From contig CP145416.1 of the NCBI GenBank assembly GCA_036867785.1, positions 434,001-498,000 on the forward strand: DNA of 64,000 nucleotides, written 5' to 3'. Every line of letters starts with the position of its first letter. The first letter of the stretch is position 1. This DNA comes from Plasmodiophora brassicae (lineage: Eukaryota). Below, piece after piece: positions 35,570 to 48,296 of the stretch. The notes under the pieces were generated by a model that saw only the letters and a list, made by a program, of their open reading frames with translations, had not been told where the DNA came from and made no database searches. Position numbers and translations under genes: made by a program.

Positions 35570-35810
35570 AGATTAATACGGCGCGGACAGCACATCGTGG
35601 TTCTTGGCGTGTTTGTGGACGACTTCCTTCTCTCCGGAACTAGCTCCAGTTTAATGGGCGAAGTGAAGGCGAATGTTGTCAACACGTTTCAAGACGAAGA
35701 ATATGGGTCCTGCCAGATGGGTTCTCGGTATGCGGCTGACGCAGACGGCGTCGACGATTGTACTCGATCAGGACCAGTACCTGCGTGACGTGTTGCATCG
35801 ATTCCGGAAT
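35570..35810 (+). mobile_element. Degenerate Ty1/copia reverse-transcriptase fragment (frameshifted relic)
   Basis: 'IVVLGVFVDDFLLSG' (copia YVDD-type motif), then a frameshift near 35670 to 'LSTRFKTKNMGPARWVLGMRLTQ..TIVLDQDQYLRDVLHRF', the typical copia RT continuation. No LTRs or other pol domains seen. Confidence 0.8.
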
Positions 35811-36249
35811 TCAAGAAATGATCATGGGCACTTACATCAGTCAACAAACCGGTGTGTTGATTCTCAGAGCGTCAGCCTCTCAATGTCGAAGGGTTCAACC
35901 TTCCTCGCAGACAGAACGAGCTAACGAGCAAGCAAGCGGATGGTGATCTGCATGATGCAGCAGTATCTGCTCAGAAGAGGTCGCCCGGGTACAGTAGCGG
36001 CATATCTTTGTGGATCGTGGCCATGGCATCGATGTCTGTGTGGCTCGCTCGTCTGCGAATTGCTCAGGACAAGCGGCTTGGATTGCTGCCGGAACGCAGG
36101 GGCAATCGAGTACGGCCAACTCGTGGACGCAAACCACGAACATGTCGAGATGGGCCGATCGCCGAGCGTCCTGTTCCGTCACGTCAGGTTGACGATGGTG
36201 TTCTCTCAACCACAAGACCCACATCTGTTCCAAGGCTCGTTCAACGTAT

Positions 36250-37892
36250 GTGGCAATGCGCTCTGCGATGTTATCGCGTATTCATCGCGAGGCAGCGTCA
36301 GATCGCACGAAGGCTGCTGACGTGGGGCAAGTCGATGAACCGTTGAAGTTTGGCGAAGGCGTTCTTACCGAGGAGGAGCTGAAACGCCAACGAGTCCGCA
36401 AGAAAGGCGACGCGGTAGGAGCAAATCAGCACACGTGAAACGGACACTGCTCAACGCGTGCCATTAGGGTCGCAACGAATGGACGATCTTGATGAACAGC
36501 AAGGCAGAACAATACAAGCGGTCTGTCGCGGAGGAAATGGCGTCCAAGCGATCAAAGCAGAACAAGTTCGGCGAAGAGATTCGCGTACAAATTGACGAGG
36601 TGGCATTGCAGAATTGCACCCTCCCCCATTGCATGGTCGATAACATCATTGGGCAGATCCGGAAGAGGAACCAGAGAGAGGCCGAAGAGCGACAAGCGGA
36701 AGCACGAAGGGTGCGCCGCCTCAGATCGTTGGAGCGCACAAAACTGAACATGCCACGTACAGATTCTTGAACAGATCAAGATGCACGAACTTGAAGAAGC
36801 GCGCAAGGAACAGCGCCTGCGCGAACGCAACGAGCATGATCGCGTATTCGTCCAGGACCAGCTCCGGCTGCGAGCTCAAGCAGCCCAGGCTGCCGAGGCG
36901 AAGCGGCGTGAACTGGAGGCTCGGGCAAGGTCTGCAAGAATGATCTACGGGATGCAGATGAGCTGAGATCTAACGATGTGTTGCAGGGCGACTCTTCAAC
37001 GACAAGCCGAGCGGGATCGTCGAGCCCGGGAGGAGGAGCGACGACGATTCCAGGAGGAGATGCGAGTACAGCGAATGGAGAACGAACAGCAACTGACCGA
37101 GAAGAAAAGACGACACGATGAGGAAAGGCAACGGGACATTGAGGAGCAGAGAAGGTCGAATGCCGTCGAATCCGATAACGCTGCGTTACCAATTACCGTT
37201 CATGAGCAGGCTTCTGCTGACGTCCCAGGCAGTCGAAGAGGCAAAACGTGGCCAAATGCAGAAGCTGGCGAATAAGGTCGCCATGCTCGAAAAGGATAAC
37301 GAAGCGGTTCAGCGGGCGGTTCAGGAGCGCCTCAAAGAAGAGGAGCGTCGAATCGCGCGATTCCAAGAAGAGGTGGGAAGGTTCTCATAGACGAAGATAA
37401 CGGAATAACGGTTATCTGCGTTAGGCATCTCTTCGAGAGGCCGAAGCCGAGCAGAACAAACTTCGGCGACAGCGTGAGCGCACTATCGAGATGAAAGCCG
37501 CTATCCAGAAGCAACTGGACGAGAAACGAGCAGCGTACAGCAGACAGGTAGAGGAATCTAAACGGTCTGCAGTGGACTCGCAAAGCGGATTGCTCGTTCG
37601 CTGACTGGAGCGTCAGGCTTGCGAATACAATCCGCCAATTATCTGCTGAAGAAGAGGAGCGCCGGAAGCATGAGGTAAGGAGCCACCAGGTTTATAGTCG
37701 TCGGGTGATAAGAAACCACACTAGGTCATAAAGGCTCATGCACAGAGGATCGCATACAAGGCCGAGCTCGACATGCAGGTTAAATTGCAGAAAGAGCGCC
37801 CATCTGTCGGCGAGAATGGCATGGATGACAACGAGAGGGTCTTGAACCGGCGCCTCCTACAGAACGCGGTCGCCGACCTGATGCGACAATAA
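36250..37892 (+). CDS. Charged coiled-coil protein (trichohyalin-plectin-homology-like, candidate axonemal protein), multi-exon
   Basis: E/R/K/Q-rich exons ('NEWTILM', 'REEERRRFQEE') and C-terminal 'YKAELDMQ...MDDNERVLNRRLL'. 5' end uncertain. Confidence 0.55.
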
Positions 37893-38098
37893 ATCATTGT
37901 ACTGGTTCTTGTGAGCTAGTTACTTACTGGGAAGGCACGGGAATTGGCGCAATGCTTTTGTTCCACGTACGGCCGGTGGTTAAGAGCGGCTGGTTCGAAG
38001 TAGTGTCTCGCATTCGTCATTTTGTTGCGGACTGCGTGGCGGAGTCCGGGACAGCGAGTCGGCTGGATCACTGACACGACGAGAACCGCGTCGTCGCC

Positions 38099-38658
38099 AT
38101 GGTACGTACAGGTCTGTTGTGTGAGACTTCTAGACATGTAATTCGAGATCTGTCGTATAGCGTCTGGAAAAGTGTTATTTCTGTTCTAGCACGGTATATC
38201 CCGGCCATGGTGTCACGTTCGTTCGAAACGACTGTAAGGTGTTCAACTTCTGCCGGTCAAAGTGCCACAAGAACTTTAAGATGAAGAGGAACCCACGGCA
38301 CGTTCGATGGACGAAGGCGTTCCGGAAGTCACATGGCAAGGAGCTTGCAGTGGATGCTACATTCGATTTCGAGCGCAAACGCAACATTCCTACCAAGTAC
38401 GACCGCAACTTGATGGCGGCCACCCTGAAGGCCATGAAGAAGGTCGAGGACATCAAGACGCTCCGCAAGGAACGTTTCTACAAGGCACGTATGAAGCCGG
38501 CCAAGATCATCCAGAAGAAGCAGGCGCTCGCCACCATCAAACAAGGCATCGACCTCATCAAGTCGCCTCTTGTCCGCGAATCCGTCATGCTCGTCACCGA
38601 GGACGCCGTCAAGTCCAAAGAGACCACCAACAAGACCGACGCCATGGTCGAGGACTGA
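38099..38658 (+). CDS. RLP24: Ribosome biogenesis protein RLP24 (RSL24D1)
   Basis: ATG | intron 38102-38160 | [62 protein letters not shown]. Confidence 0.95.
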
Positions 38659-38923
38659 TCCTTATTCTAACCGAAAGTCAACCAATGAATCCCTTATTAG
38701 ACTGCTCTGCCGAGGCAGGCGACCTTCGGCAGGCTTGACATCGGACGCTCGATAATACGGCCTGGCCAAACTTGTCCTGTCGGCAGATATGACCTTGCAC
38801 TGGACAGTGGAATAATGACGGAGACAAAACCGTGCATTTGGTGGCACTGGGCAGGGTGTCAGCCTGGCGCCGAGGCGACAGGTGCCCCATTTTGGTGCGT
38901 GTCGGGCTACCGTGGTGAGCACC

Positions 38924-40366
38924 ATGTACTTGTCGTCGTCGCAGCTGGCCGCCCTGCGCGACTACAAGTACGCGTCGGGCACGTATGGGTATCTGGACAC
39001 GGTCATGACGCCGTTCTGGAACGCGGCCGTCAACTTCCTGCCGATGACGATAGCGTAAGCGGGGCGCGTCTGGCAGATGGTTGTCGACCTCAATTCTACG
39101 TACGGTAGGCCGAATGTTGTGACGCTGGTCGCCTTGATAATTATGGCATCGGCCGCCGTGCTCAATGGCATCATGTCCCCGACGTTGTCTGATGAATTAC
39201 CCGCCTGGGTACTCCTCTATAATGCCGTCGCCCTGTTCCTATACCAGACCCTCGACGCCATCGACGGGAAACAAGCCCGACGGACGGAGTCGTCATCACC
39301 ACTAGGACAGCTCTTTGACCATGGGTAAGCTTTCCGAGCAGCGATTGCCCGCAGTGATGGACTTACCTGAATATCAGCTGCGATTCGTTGAACGTGACGC
39401 TGCTTCTTATAATCGTCAGCGGCACCCTGCGCTTGGGCCAGCAACCTGTCCTGATGGTCGCCTGTTTTGCGATTGGCATTGTTCCATTTTACATGGTATC
39501 ACGTTGCCGACCATGTTCTGTACTGGCCGTTCCCGCTGACGAAGTTGGCAGGCGAACTGGGAAGAGTCTCAGACCGGGTACATGAGGTTTGGCATGATTG
39601 GCGTAACGGAGGCCCAGTTTTCCGTTATCGCCTTGTTCATAGCGACTCTGGTATTTGGTACAGAACTGCTGCGGTGCCCGCTGTACATTGTGTGCAATGA
39701 CTGATATGCTGCAAAGGCCATCATATCTGGACGTGGGCGCCATTCGGTGTCGAGCTCCGGCAGGCGTTCATGGTTATTGCCGGGTCTGGTGCCGCCTTTG
39801 GGGCGTTGGAAAAGTCAGGACAATGCGACTCGTCGAGGGTTTCCTTCCTAATTTGCATGGCTATAGTTTATGGGTAGTGTATCGAGGCAAGGCTTTACTA
39901 CCGACATTCAAGCCGTCCATCGCGATTGCTCAAGTCGTCCAGTTCTTTGCGTATCTCATTTTGACGTTGATGTGGATGCTTTCTCCTCATCATAAGGTGC
40001 TGCTAGAGGTTCGACAACTTGCGTATGTCGCCCCATGAACGTACCGTATAACCATTTTAACTGCAGCATCCGTTCGTCGTGTTCACTGCTGCCGGGGTTG
40101 CGTTCTCGTACCTGATCAATCGCCTGATCATTTCTCGCGTCATCGTCGATGCCGGGTTCAGCTTCAGTCCTCCTGCTCTGCTACCGCTTCCCTTTCTAGC
40201 CTATCATGCATGGACCAGCACGTCTCCCGTCCACGTCGTCGTTATGTCGCGCGTGTATCTCGTGTTCACTATTGTCGTGTACGCGCATTTCGTGCAGTCC
40301 GTCATCCACGAAATCTGCACCTTCCTCAAAATCCGCGCCTTTGTCATTGCAAAGAAGTCCAACTAA
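38924..40366 (+). CDS. Choline/ethanolamine phosphotransferase (CDP-alcohol phosphatidyltransferase), multi-exon
   Basis: 'LRDYKY...PFWN....LP..IAPNVVTL' and the CDP-alcohol motif '[30 protein letters not shown]'. C-terminal KKSN resembles an ER-retrieval signal. Confidence 0.93.
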
Positions 40367-40434
40367 ATATTGTCTCTTGAGGCTTATTCATCTGAGGCCA
40401 TTCCGGTTCGATAGAGCGTTATGCGGCTTAAGTC

Positions 40435-41499
40435 ATGCTGCGTCGCTGTTGCCTGACCGCACCACGCCAAGTCAATCGGCGCACTTTCTAAAATTGTCAT
40501 TCGGGTCGGCCACGATCTGGTGGTCGACTTCGATCCAGCCGACAGTCAACCTGTCCTAGCAGACTTATCTGCTGTTGGTACGCTAGGCGAACGGTCGTTG
40601 TATGACACGAGTAGCCCCTGTGCGGTTCAGTCCACTATGGTGGTGGCATTTGTTCGGGTTCATGTCCATATCAACGATCACTGGCGTCCGAATTCACGCC
40701 ATCGCGCTGAAAACGGCAACCATGAATATCAGCACGGGGCAAACAGTTGCGTTCTTCCTATCGTATTTCACGCACTGGGCACTGATGTTCGTCCAAGGTC
40801 AGATGGCGTTCAGGCCACTTCCTAGTTGATATCTGATAACGGTGACAGGGCATTTCGCCGTCGTGCTTTTCCTGAGCTCCTTTGAACGATGGCGTGATTC
40901 GCCCAACAAAGCTCTGCATTTGGCCAGAATAACGCAGGTCGTCGCTTTGATTGAATCTGTCGTGGTCGGCGTTGGCTTCTGGATTGGCATTATGCCGTTC
41001 CGCGGGAAAATGCCTGCACCTGGCTACATGCTCTTCTCTAGCGTAACGGTACGTCCACTGATGTGTCAAGGAGCCCACCCAGGGCGACTTACAAATGTGC
41101 CATGGTGTAAAGGTTCATGGAGGGACAGCCGTCCTCATGTTAATCGACCTCTTCGTGACGCATTACCGCGTGTGCGAGCATCCCAAACGAGAGCTGCTGG
41201 CCTGCATTGTTTCTGTCATTGCTTACCTTCCAGTAAGCGCAGTCTGTTCAGCGGTATCTGGGCATCCACCGTAAGGGCACTGTGGTTCAAAGGCTTCGTT
41301 GGCCGTTCGTAACCTTCCATGTTGTTCCAGATACCGGCAAATGCTATGGAACGGTCCGCTGCTGACGATCGCGTCAGTATGCGGCTTGGTTGCCACCCAA
41401 GTCATCCTGTACTACTTCTTTTTCATCCTTGTCTTCCGGCACTGGCACCATCCGACCGCCAGCGAGATAACATCTCCTGATCCAGTCGACGGACCCTGA
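40435..41499 (+). CDS. Multi-pass membrane protein, Rolling stone / FAR-17a-AIG1-like, spliced
   Basis: Hydrophobic exons with 'SYFTHWAL', 'VGVGFW' and 'VHGGTAVLMLIDL', the Thr/His pattern of this clan. Start uncertain. Confidence 0.5.
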
Positions 41500-41590
41500 A
41501 GACGAGCTGGGCAACTGCTATAGCTGCTGCCTGCCACAATACTGGGGGTACTATATCTGTAATAGACGTGTATGGTTCTGTTCTGTTCAA

Positions 41591-43294
41591 CTAGAGCGGC
41601 GGGTTGCTGTCAACGCAGAGAACGTCGACGAGGTCATAGAGAACATGAAGTCCCCAGATGAGGCCTTGTCTCGAGAGGCGCTCGTTGACGCCGTGGAACA
41701 GCTTCGAGAACGCCCACGACTCGTCGAAATGCAGTGGAGCGAACCCGATGCACAACATGCCGGATGGGTGCCGCGCGTAATGCTTCGCATCAGTGCCACC
41801 GGGACACATCATCGGAATGATGGGCCCAGCCGGTCCTCTGCCGTTGATGACGTTCTGAATGGCATCCAGGACAGCCTTGATTCGCGGGTCGCTCGGATCC
41901 TGGCATAGCGCTGGTTGCCCGCATTCGTTTGCCTCGATGTGCAACGATGGGGCCTCGTCACGATCAAAGTACCCGTTGCCAACTACGCCTTTGATTTCAT
42001 CGATCACATCATCGACTGTAAATCCGGGAAGGACTCGACAGTCGACCTTCAGCTCGGCCGACGCGGGGATCTGCACACGATTGGGGTCCAGAGAGAAATC
42101 CTAGCTGCGCGCTGACCTGGTTGGACTTGACGCCGCCCGAGACGGTCGTGGGCACCGCAAGGTTGTGCAGGAACGGTTCGAGCATTCGCGACGCTTCGGA
42201 TGGTAACACACGATCTAGGACGAATTCGTGCGACGTCGACATGAGCAGCGCTTGCAGAGCGAGGCTGGTAGCGTAACCACCCGAACTGCTGAGAACGTCA
42301 AACGTCTGGACATGGCGAGCAAATCAGGCCGACTTTGCCCGACGAGTCCACTGATCCGTGTACCGGTTGGGCTTGAGGCGTAAGATGGAACGGCAACCGT
42401 CGCTCTGCGAGAGCAGAAGCGGCGCGACCAAGCATGCCAATGGCGTTATCCTTATGTGGCACGGAGCTGTGGCCACCAGTGCCTCTCGACGTGATTGTGA
42501 CGTTAACATGCCCCTTTTCGGCAATCTGTACCGGGTAGAGCAACGCGCCGTTGAAGTAGAACGGGAACCCGCCGGCCTCAGTGAACATAACCTCGGCCTC
42601 GATCAGGTCTGGGTGCTGCCGAACGAGGAATTCGACGCCATAGTGACTGCCGTCTTCTTCATCCGCAACCCTGAATGCACGCGCCGTTAACAGTCTTCTA
42701 CAGACTGGAACGAGCGACGCACCCAGCGAAAATGAGGTCGCGATGCAGCGAGATCCCCGATCGCTTCAGCGCCACGAGAATAGCGACAGATGTTGCTGCA
42801 TGCTGCCACCAAGTTAACGACACGCGTCTCGACGCAGCGCATGACACATTGTCACCAACATGTTTCATGTCAATGGCCCCTCTGCCGTAGATGACGCCAT
42901 CGTCGTCTTCGAACGCGGCAAACTGCCAGGAAGCCGCTCAGTAGACCACGACGTAATGTGCCATTGGACAACGTACGGGATCGTGTTGCCACTGCTCCTC
43001 CTTCCATTTCACGGCTGGGACGACGTCCAGGTGAGCACTCAACAGCACTGGTCGGCGACCACTGGATCCATTGCCGGTCAGCCGAGCAATTATATTGGGC
43101 CGGTCCGGCGTCCTGCCGACCACCTCGAACGGGATCCCCTCCGCGGTAAATACCCGCTGCAGGACGTCGACCGCCGCCCTTTCCGACCCATTCCCGCCGC
43201 CGTAGTTCGTCGTATCGCACCGCAGCAGCTGCTTAAACACGTCGACGGCGAACGCCTCGATGCCAGCGTCGTCCACAATTGTCGCCTTCGGCAT
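41591..43294 (-). CDS. M20/M25/M40 family metallo-hydrolase (peptidase), multi-exon
   Basis: 'LLRCDTTN', 'VLLSAHLDVVPA', 'YGRGAIDMK', 'ADEEDGS', 'GGHSSVP', 'GGTDAKH' and 'FHGVNER'. Confidence 0.9.
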
Positions 43295-43623
43295 CGGAGC
43301 ACGACGATCCGCCCGCACTAAATAGGTACTCGCCATGTGGCTCCTGCCCGCACTCATGAACGTGGGCGACGACTCGGAAGATAGTCCTTTTCCGGCATCG
43401 CCAAACAGGCCCTGCAACGGTTACCCAATGCAGGGCGCCTGCCTGGACGCCGGTACGCCCGCTCGTTCCAGACGCTGCCTGCGCGCTGATGCGATGTTGC
43501 GACAGGAAAAAGCCCCGCTGGAAACTGGGTCCGGGACTCCGGGTCCGCCGTGCAGTCGTCAGTTCAGTGCAGCGGCGGCACGGGGCAGTGCCGTACGGAG
43601 GAGGGTCGCCGTCGAAAACGACG

Positions 43624-45560
43624 ATGTGCGTTCGCCCGGCCGTCCTGATCTGCATCGATGGGTGGGGGGTCGCGTCCGAGACGCGGGGCAACGCGATCGC
43701 GGCGGCGCACACGCCGGTCATGACGGCGCTGTCGAAGGTCGATGGGCAGTACGCCGTCATCCGGGCCCACGGCCTCGATGTCGGCCTGCCCGATGTAGAC
43801 GAGGCGCGTGCTGTCGCAACCCGCCGTCGTACTGACCCCCAGCTGTGTGTTCCAGGGCAACATGGGGAATTCAGAAGTTGGACACCTGACGATTGGCGCG
43901 GGCCGCATCGAATACCAAGTGGGGCGGGGCAGTGTAGGGATCACGAACGCCGCTCCTAACGCCACGTTCGGGAATAGGACCTAGTGCGCATCAATCGGTC
44001 AATTGAGAATGGCACGTTTGCGTCGGCCCCCGCTCTGGTTGATGCATTCTCCCGTGCGAAATCCGGGACGAAACGGATGCATTTCCTCGGTCTGGTCAGC
44101 GATGGCGGCGTACATTCTCATATAACGCACCTGTTTGAACTGCTGAAAGGTTTGTTGCCCACGACCCCAGCGCATGCATCGTGTGGGCTGAACCGTACGT
44201 TGTAGCGGCAAAGGCAGCTGGAGTTGAGCAGTGCTTCGTTCATTTCATTGCCGACGGTCGCGACACTCCCCCGTCGTCCGCAACGACCTATTTGCAACAG
44301 GTCCTTGATTTCACGAAGGAGTTACAGTACGGGACGGTTGCAACTGTTATGGGCAGGTTCTACGCCATGGTCAGTCTGCTCGTATCTCTTTGCAGCGACA
44401 CTCTCCGACTTGATCGCATCGTCAGGATCGTGATAAGAGATGGGATCGCATCGAGAAAGCTTTCAGGTGTATACTCTGTGGGCAAGGCGACGTCATCGCA
44501 GCTGGCTCGCCAGTATCCGCCCTTGAAAAGCGCTACGAAGCAGGCGAGACCGATGAGTTCCTCAAGCCGGTACGTGCACTACTGGTCAGGAAGCCTCTTC
44601 ATGCGCTTACTGCGCGGGTAGATGATCTTCGATCGAGATGGCATTGTCCACACGGGAGATACGCTCGTCTGCTTCAACTTTCGTGCTGATCGGATGCGCG
44701 AGATTGTGGAAGCTATTGGCATCGCGCCACCGTTTGATACGAAGGGGTATACTGCTCGGGAGTTGCGGCTGTACCTGCGGATTAAAGGCGTTTCGCGTTT
44801 CGCAGGTTGAATGTGCCGACAGACCTATCAGTGGTCCAGTTCACGCTGTACAACAAGGCTTTCTCAAAACTGCCTGTTGTCGTCCCTCCCGATTCCATGG
44901 ACATGACGCTAGCGGAAGTCGTGGCATCCCGCAACCTTGCTCAGGCTCATGTAGCAGAGGTCTGTGACTCTGTATCTATTGTAATGCGGATCGATTAGTG
45001 ACTGCTGCACGCAGACAGAGAAATATGCCCACGTCACGTTCTTCTTCAACGGCGGCAAAGAAGCGGTTCTGCCGAATGAAGACCGAGTAATGATTCCATC
45101 CCCCAAACACGTGGCAACGTACGACCTGGCACCCACGATGAGCGTTGCTGAGGTGGCCGACGCTGTTTGCACGGCGATTGCGTCCAAGAAGTACGCCTTC
45201 ATCGTCTGCAACCTTGCACCACCGGACATGGTTGGACATACTGGCAATTACAAGCAGACCGTCGTCGCATGCGAGGCAACCGACACTGCCATCGGGCGCA
45301 TTCTGGACGCGTGCAATGCCTCGAACACCACCCTGTTCATTACAGCGGATCACGGAAACGCTGAGGTCATGCTGGACGAGCAGGGCAACCCGAAGACGTC
45401 GCACACGACGAATCCTGTCCCCTTCATCATGACGGGCGACAACCGTCTGAAGTTCCGCGTGACGACGGGTGGGTTGCAGGATGTGGCGCCTACGATACTT
45501 CGGGTAATGGGGCTCCCTGTTCCGGAACAAATGACGGGGAAATCGATGCTCCTCGAGTAA
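43624..45560 (+). CDS. gpmI: 2,3-bisphosphoglycerate-independent phosphoglycerate mutase, multi-exon
   Basis: 'IDGWG', 'MGNSEVGH', 'SDGGVHSH', 'DGRDT', 'NFRADR', 'TEKYAHVTFFFNGG', 'PDMVGHTG' and 'TADHGNAE'. Confidence 0.96.
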
Positions 45561-45600
45561 ACGCCCCCCGGTGGGACCGAACGCTTTATACAGTCGACTC

Positions 45601-48296
45601 TTACGATCGCAAAGGTCTGTCTAAATCTGCAAGCGAACCTTCCACTACGAAGAAAGCACACATCAGATACGTGAGTGTCCAAGCAGGTGCACAGTACGAA
45701 CGTTGGGCCTGATTTTGTTGCCGACGCCACATGTCGGCATAGATGCCATTACGGGCGAGTAGCTCATTGTGAGTTCCACTCTCAGCAATTTCGCCGTCCT
45801 TCAGGACTATGATACGGCTGCTATTGACGACGGTGGACAACCGGTGTGCAACGCACAGGACAGATCGCCCTTTGGCTATCTCCGTTAAAGAGCTCTGAAA
45901 CAGCAAACCTTCAGACACCGATTACACGTACAATGGTGTATCCAACCTGAATGGCTTGCTCTGTTATCGTATCTAGTGAGCTGGTTGCTTCATCGTACAG
46001 CTAGTGGCAACATGGCATGAGAATCGCGAAGAATGCAACTCGCAAATGCATGTAGAACGAACCATGATTGCAGGATTCTTCAGAATAGCTCTGGCGATGG
46101 CTATGCGCTGCCGCTCGCCACCACTTAACCTAGCACGTTTCAAATTAGCTAGCTGGATACCATACACGCTCCTGCTTGATGGCTTCGATCGGTTACCTCA
46201 GGCCTCGCTCGCCACACTTGGTCTCATACCCGTCTGGCTGGGACATGATAAAGTCATGAATAGAAGCCGCTTTCGCCTGTGCCCCATCTGTAAACGCAGC
46301 TGGCACCCCCGTTATTTATGAAGCAACTTACTGCAGCAACGATATCATCCATGGACGCGTCGGTAAGTTGACGTGATTTGATGCCATAGCCAATGTTGTA
46401 GGCAAACGAGTCATTAAACAGAACACAATCTTGAGGCACGATTCCGATGGACCCTGAAATCACAAACGTCAATCGGAGCCACACACGAATAGGACGTCAT
46501 CGCCAACTTCGAAGCGACTGTTGAGAAACGTGGGCAATGTTCTGGCCATCAATCAGAATCTGGCCGTCAGTGACGTCAAAGAAACGGTACAAAAGACGAC
46601 CGATAGTACTTTTCCCTGCACCAGATGCCCTATAACAACGCGTTCATGCAAGGGCATCGCAGAAGCAATGTGGGCACCTACCCCACCAAGGCAACAGTCT
46701 GGCCAGGTTTAACTTCAAACGAAATCCCTTTCAGCAGGGGTTGTCCCGGTTCTAAGGCAATTGTGAACATGGGAGGAACTCCTACGGAAAGGAATGACGC
46801 GTACTGTAGGAAAACGAAACGTTCCGGAACTCGATATGAGCCTTGTCGACATGAAGCGAGGGCGCCAGAGGAATGTCTTTGACCTGGCGATCCATCATTT
46901 AGAAAACCGAGACGTCCGGCACCAGAACTTTCGGTCACTAACCTCAACGTTTTCTTCCAATATGTTCAGCATCGACTCAACATCAACCAGTGCTTGGTTG
47001 ATCATCCGCCAGTAAGTTCCGAGGAATCCCAGCGGCGTGTACAGCGTCAGGATAAATTGCTGGATCATCATGAAGTCACCGACGCTCTGCTCACCTCGAG
47101 ACACTTGGTCTGCTGCCAGAAACATGGCACTTGTCACTCCGATAGAAATAATGAAGTTCTGCCCCATGTTGAGGACGCTCAACGATTGCTGCGAAAGGAT
47201 GGATGCATCTCGATATTCTCGAAGCGCGATATCATACCGGCGCTTTTCATGCTCCTGTTTGAATGTTTCAGACCAGTACAGTCCAGCCATCGATGACATC
47301 GTGACCTCGGCATTGAAGTATTTCACTGTTTCGTAATTCAGCAAACAGTCAACTGCTCGCTGATTGAATGCGTTGTCCTTATCGGCGAGGTGACGCCTAT
47401 GCTTGTCGCGCCAACCCGTAGTGAAAATTGTATACACGACATATAGAGTAATCGACAGGAACGTAATCAGTGCAACTACCGCTGAATTAGCATATGCATC
47501 GGGGCCAACGCGTCGCCATGGCTTACACCACCAATCGAAACGAACCAACAGCAGTGTGCACACCAGCACAACTTGAAGGATGACGGGGCAGAACTGAAAC
47601 AAGAATATTCGGATGACATCACTGAACGAGGACGCCCCTCTAGAAACGGAGCGAAGTACACTGAAATGGAGCAACTTAGATGATCGTAGTGCAACACAAA
47701 CTGCACCCCTTACGATCCAGTCTTCCGACTTATGTGGTATCGGAAAGACAGATTCAGCAAGTGTTCGAGTACGTCCAGGGCGACGATTCGCTCAGCGTTC
47801 GCGGATACCTACATAGGCAGGCGCATTGTTGGTACTACTTCTAAACGATCGAAACAGTAACGGCCTACAGTCGCGTATACAATGTTCCGCAGCTCGCCAA
47901 CACATGCTGATAAGAAACGAGAAATCCCAAACAGGAGCAGGCCGACGAGAGGGAATTTGGGTCCGGCCGGCGCCGTCAAGTTGTCAACGACCAACTTCAG
48001 ACTGTCGAACGATGTCAGTGTCAACAGCTTGCGGAAACAGGAGGCAACCAGTCTAACGCAAAGGGCGGCGCGAGATCAAGAACCTTCCCGGTTAGTAGGA
48101 GAAGCACGCTGACCCCGAACCGGACACGGATGCCAACCGCGCCGACCGGCCAGACTGATCGCCAGGCCCGTCCCATCAGTTGCATCTTCGTTCGCGGCGG
48201 CGGTGCCGCCCGCCCATTGACCGCCTCCTCGTCCTTATCCGGCAGGCGCGCATACGGCGCTGACGATACGACGCCCCTCTGCATCGATACCGACAT
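45601..48296 (-). CDS. ABC half-transporter, ATM1/ABCB6/HMT1 subfamily, multi-exon
   Basis: TMD 'SVSRGASS...[17 protein letters not shown]...PLGFLGT'. NBD 'GQTVALV', '[12 protein letters not shown]', '[19 protein letters not shown]' and 'VAHRLST'. Confidence 0.93.
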
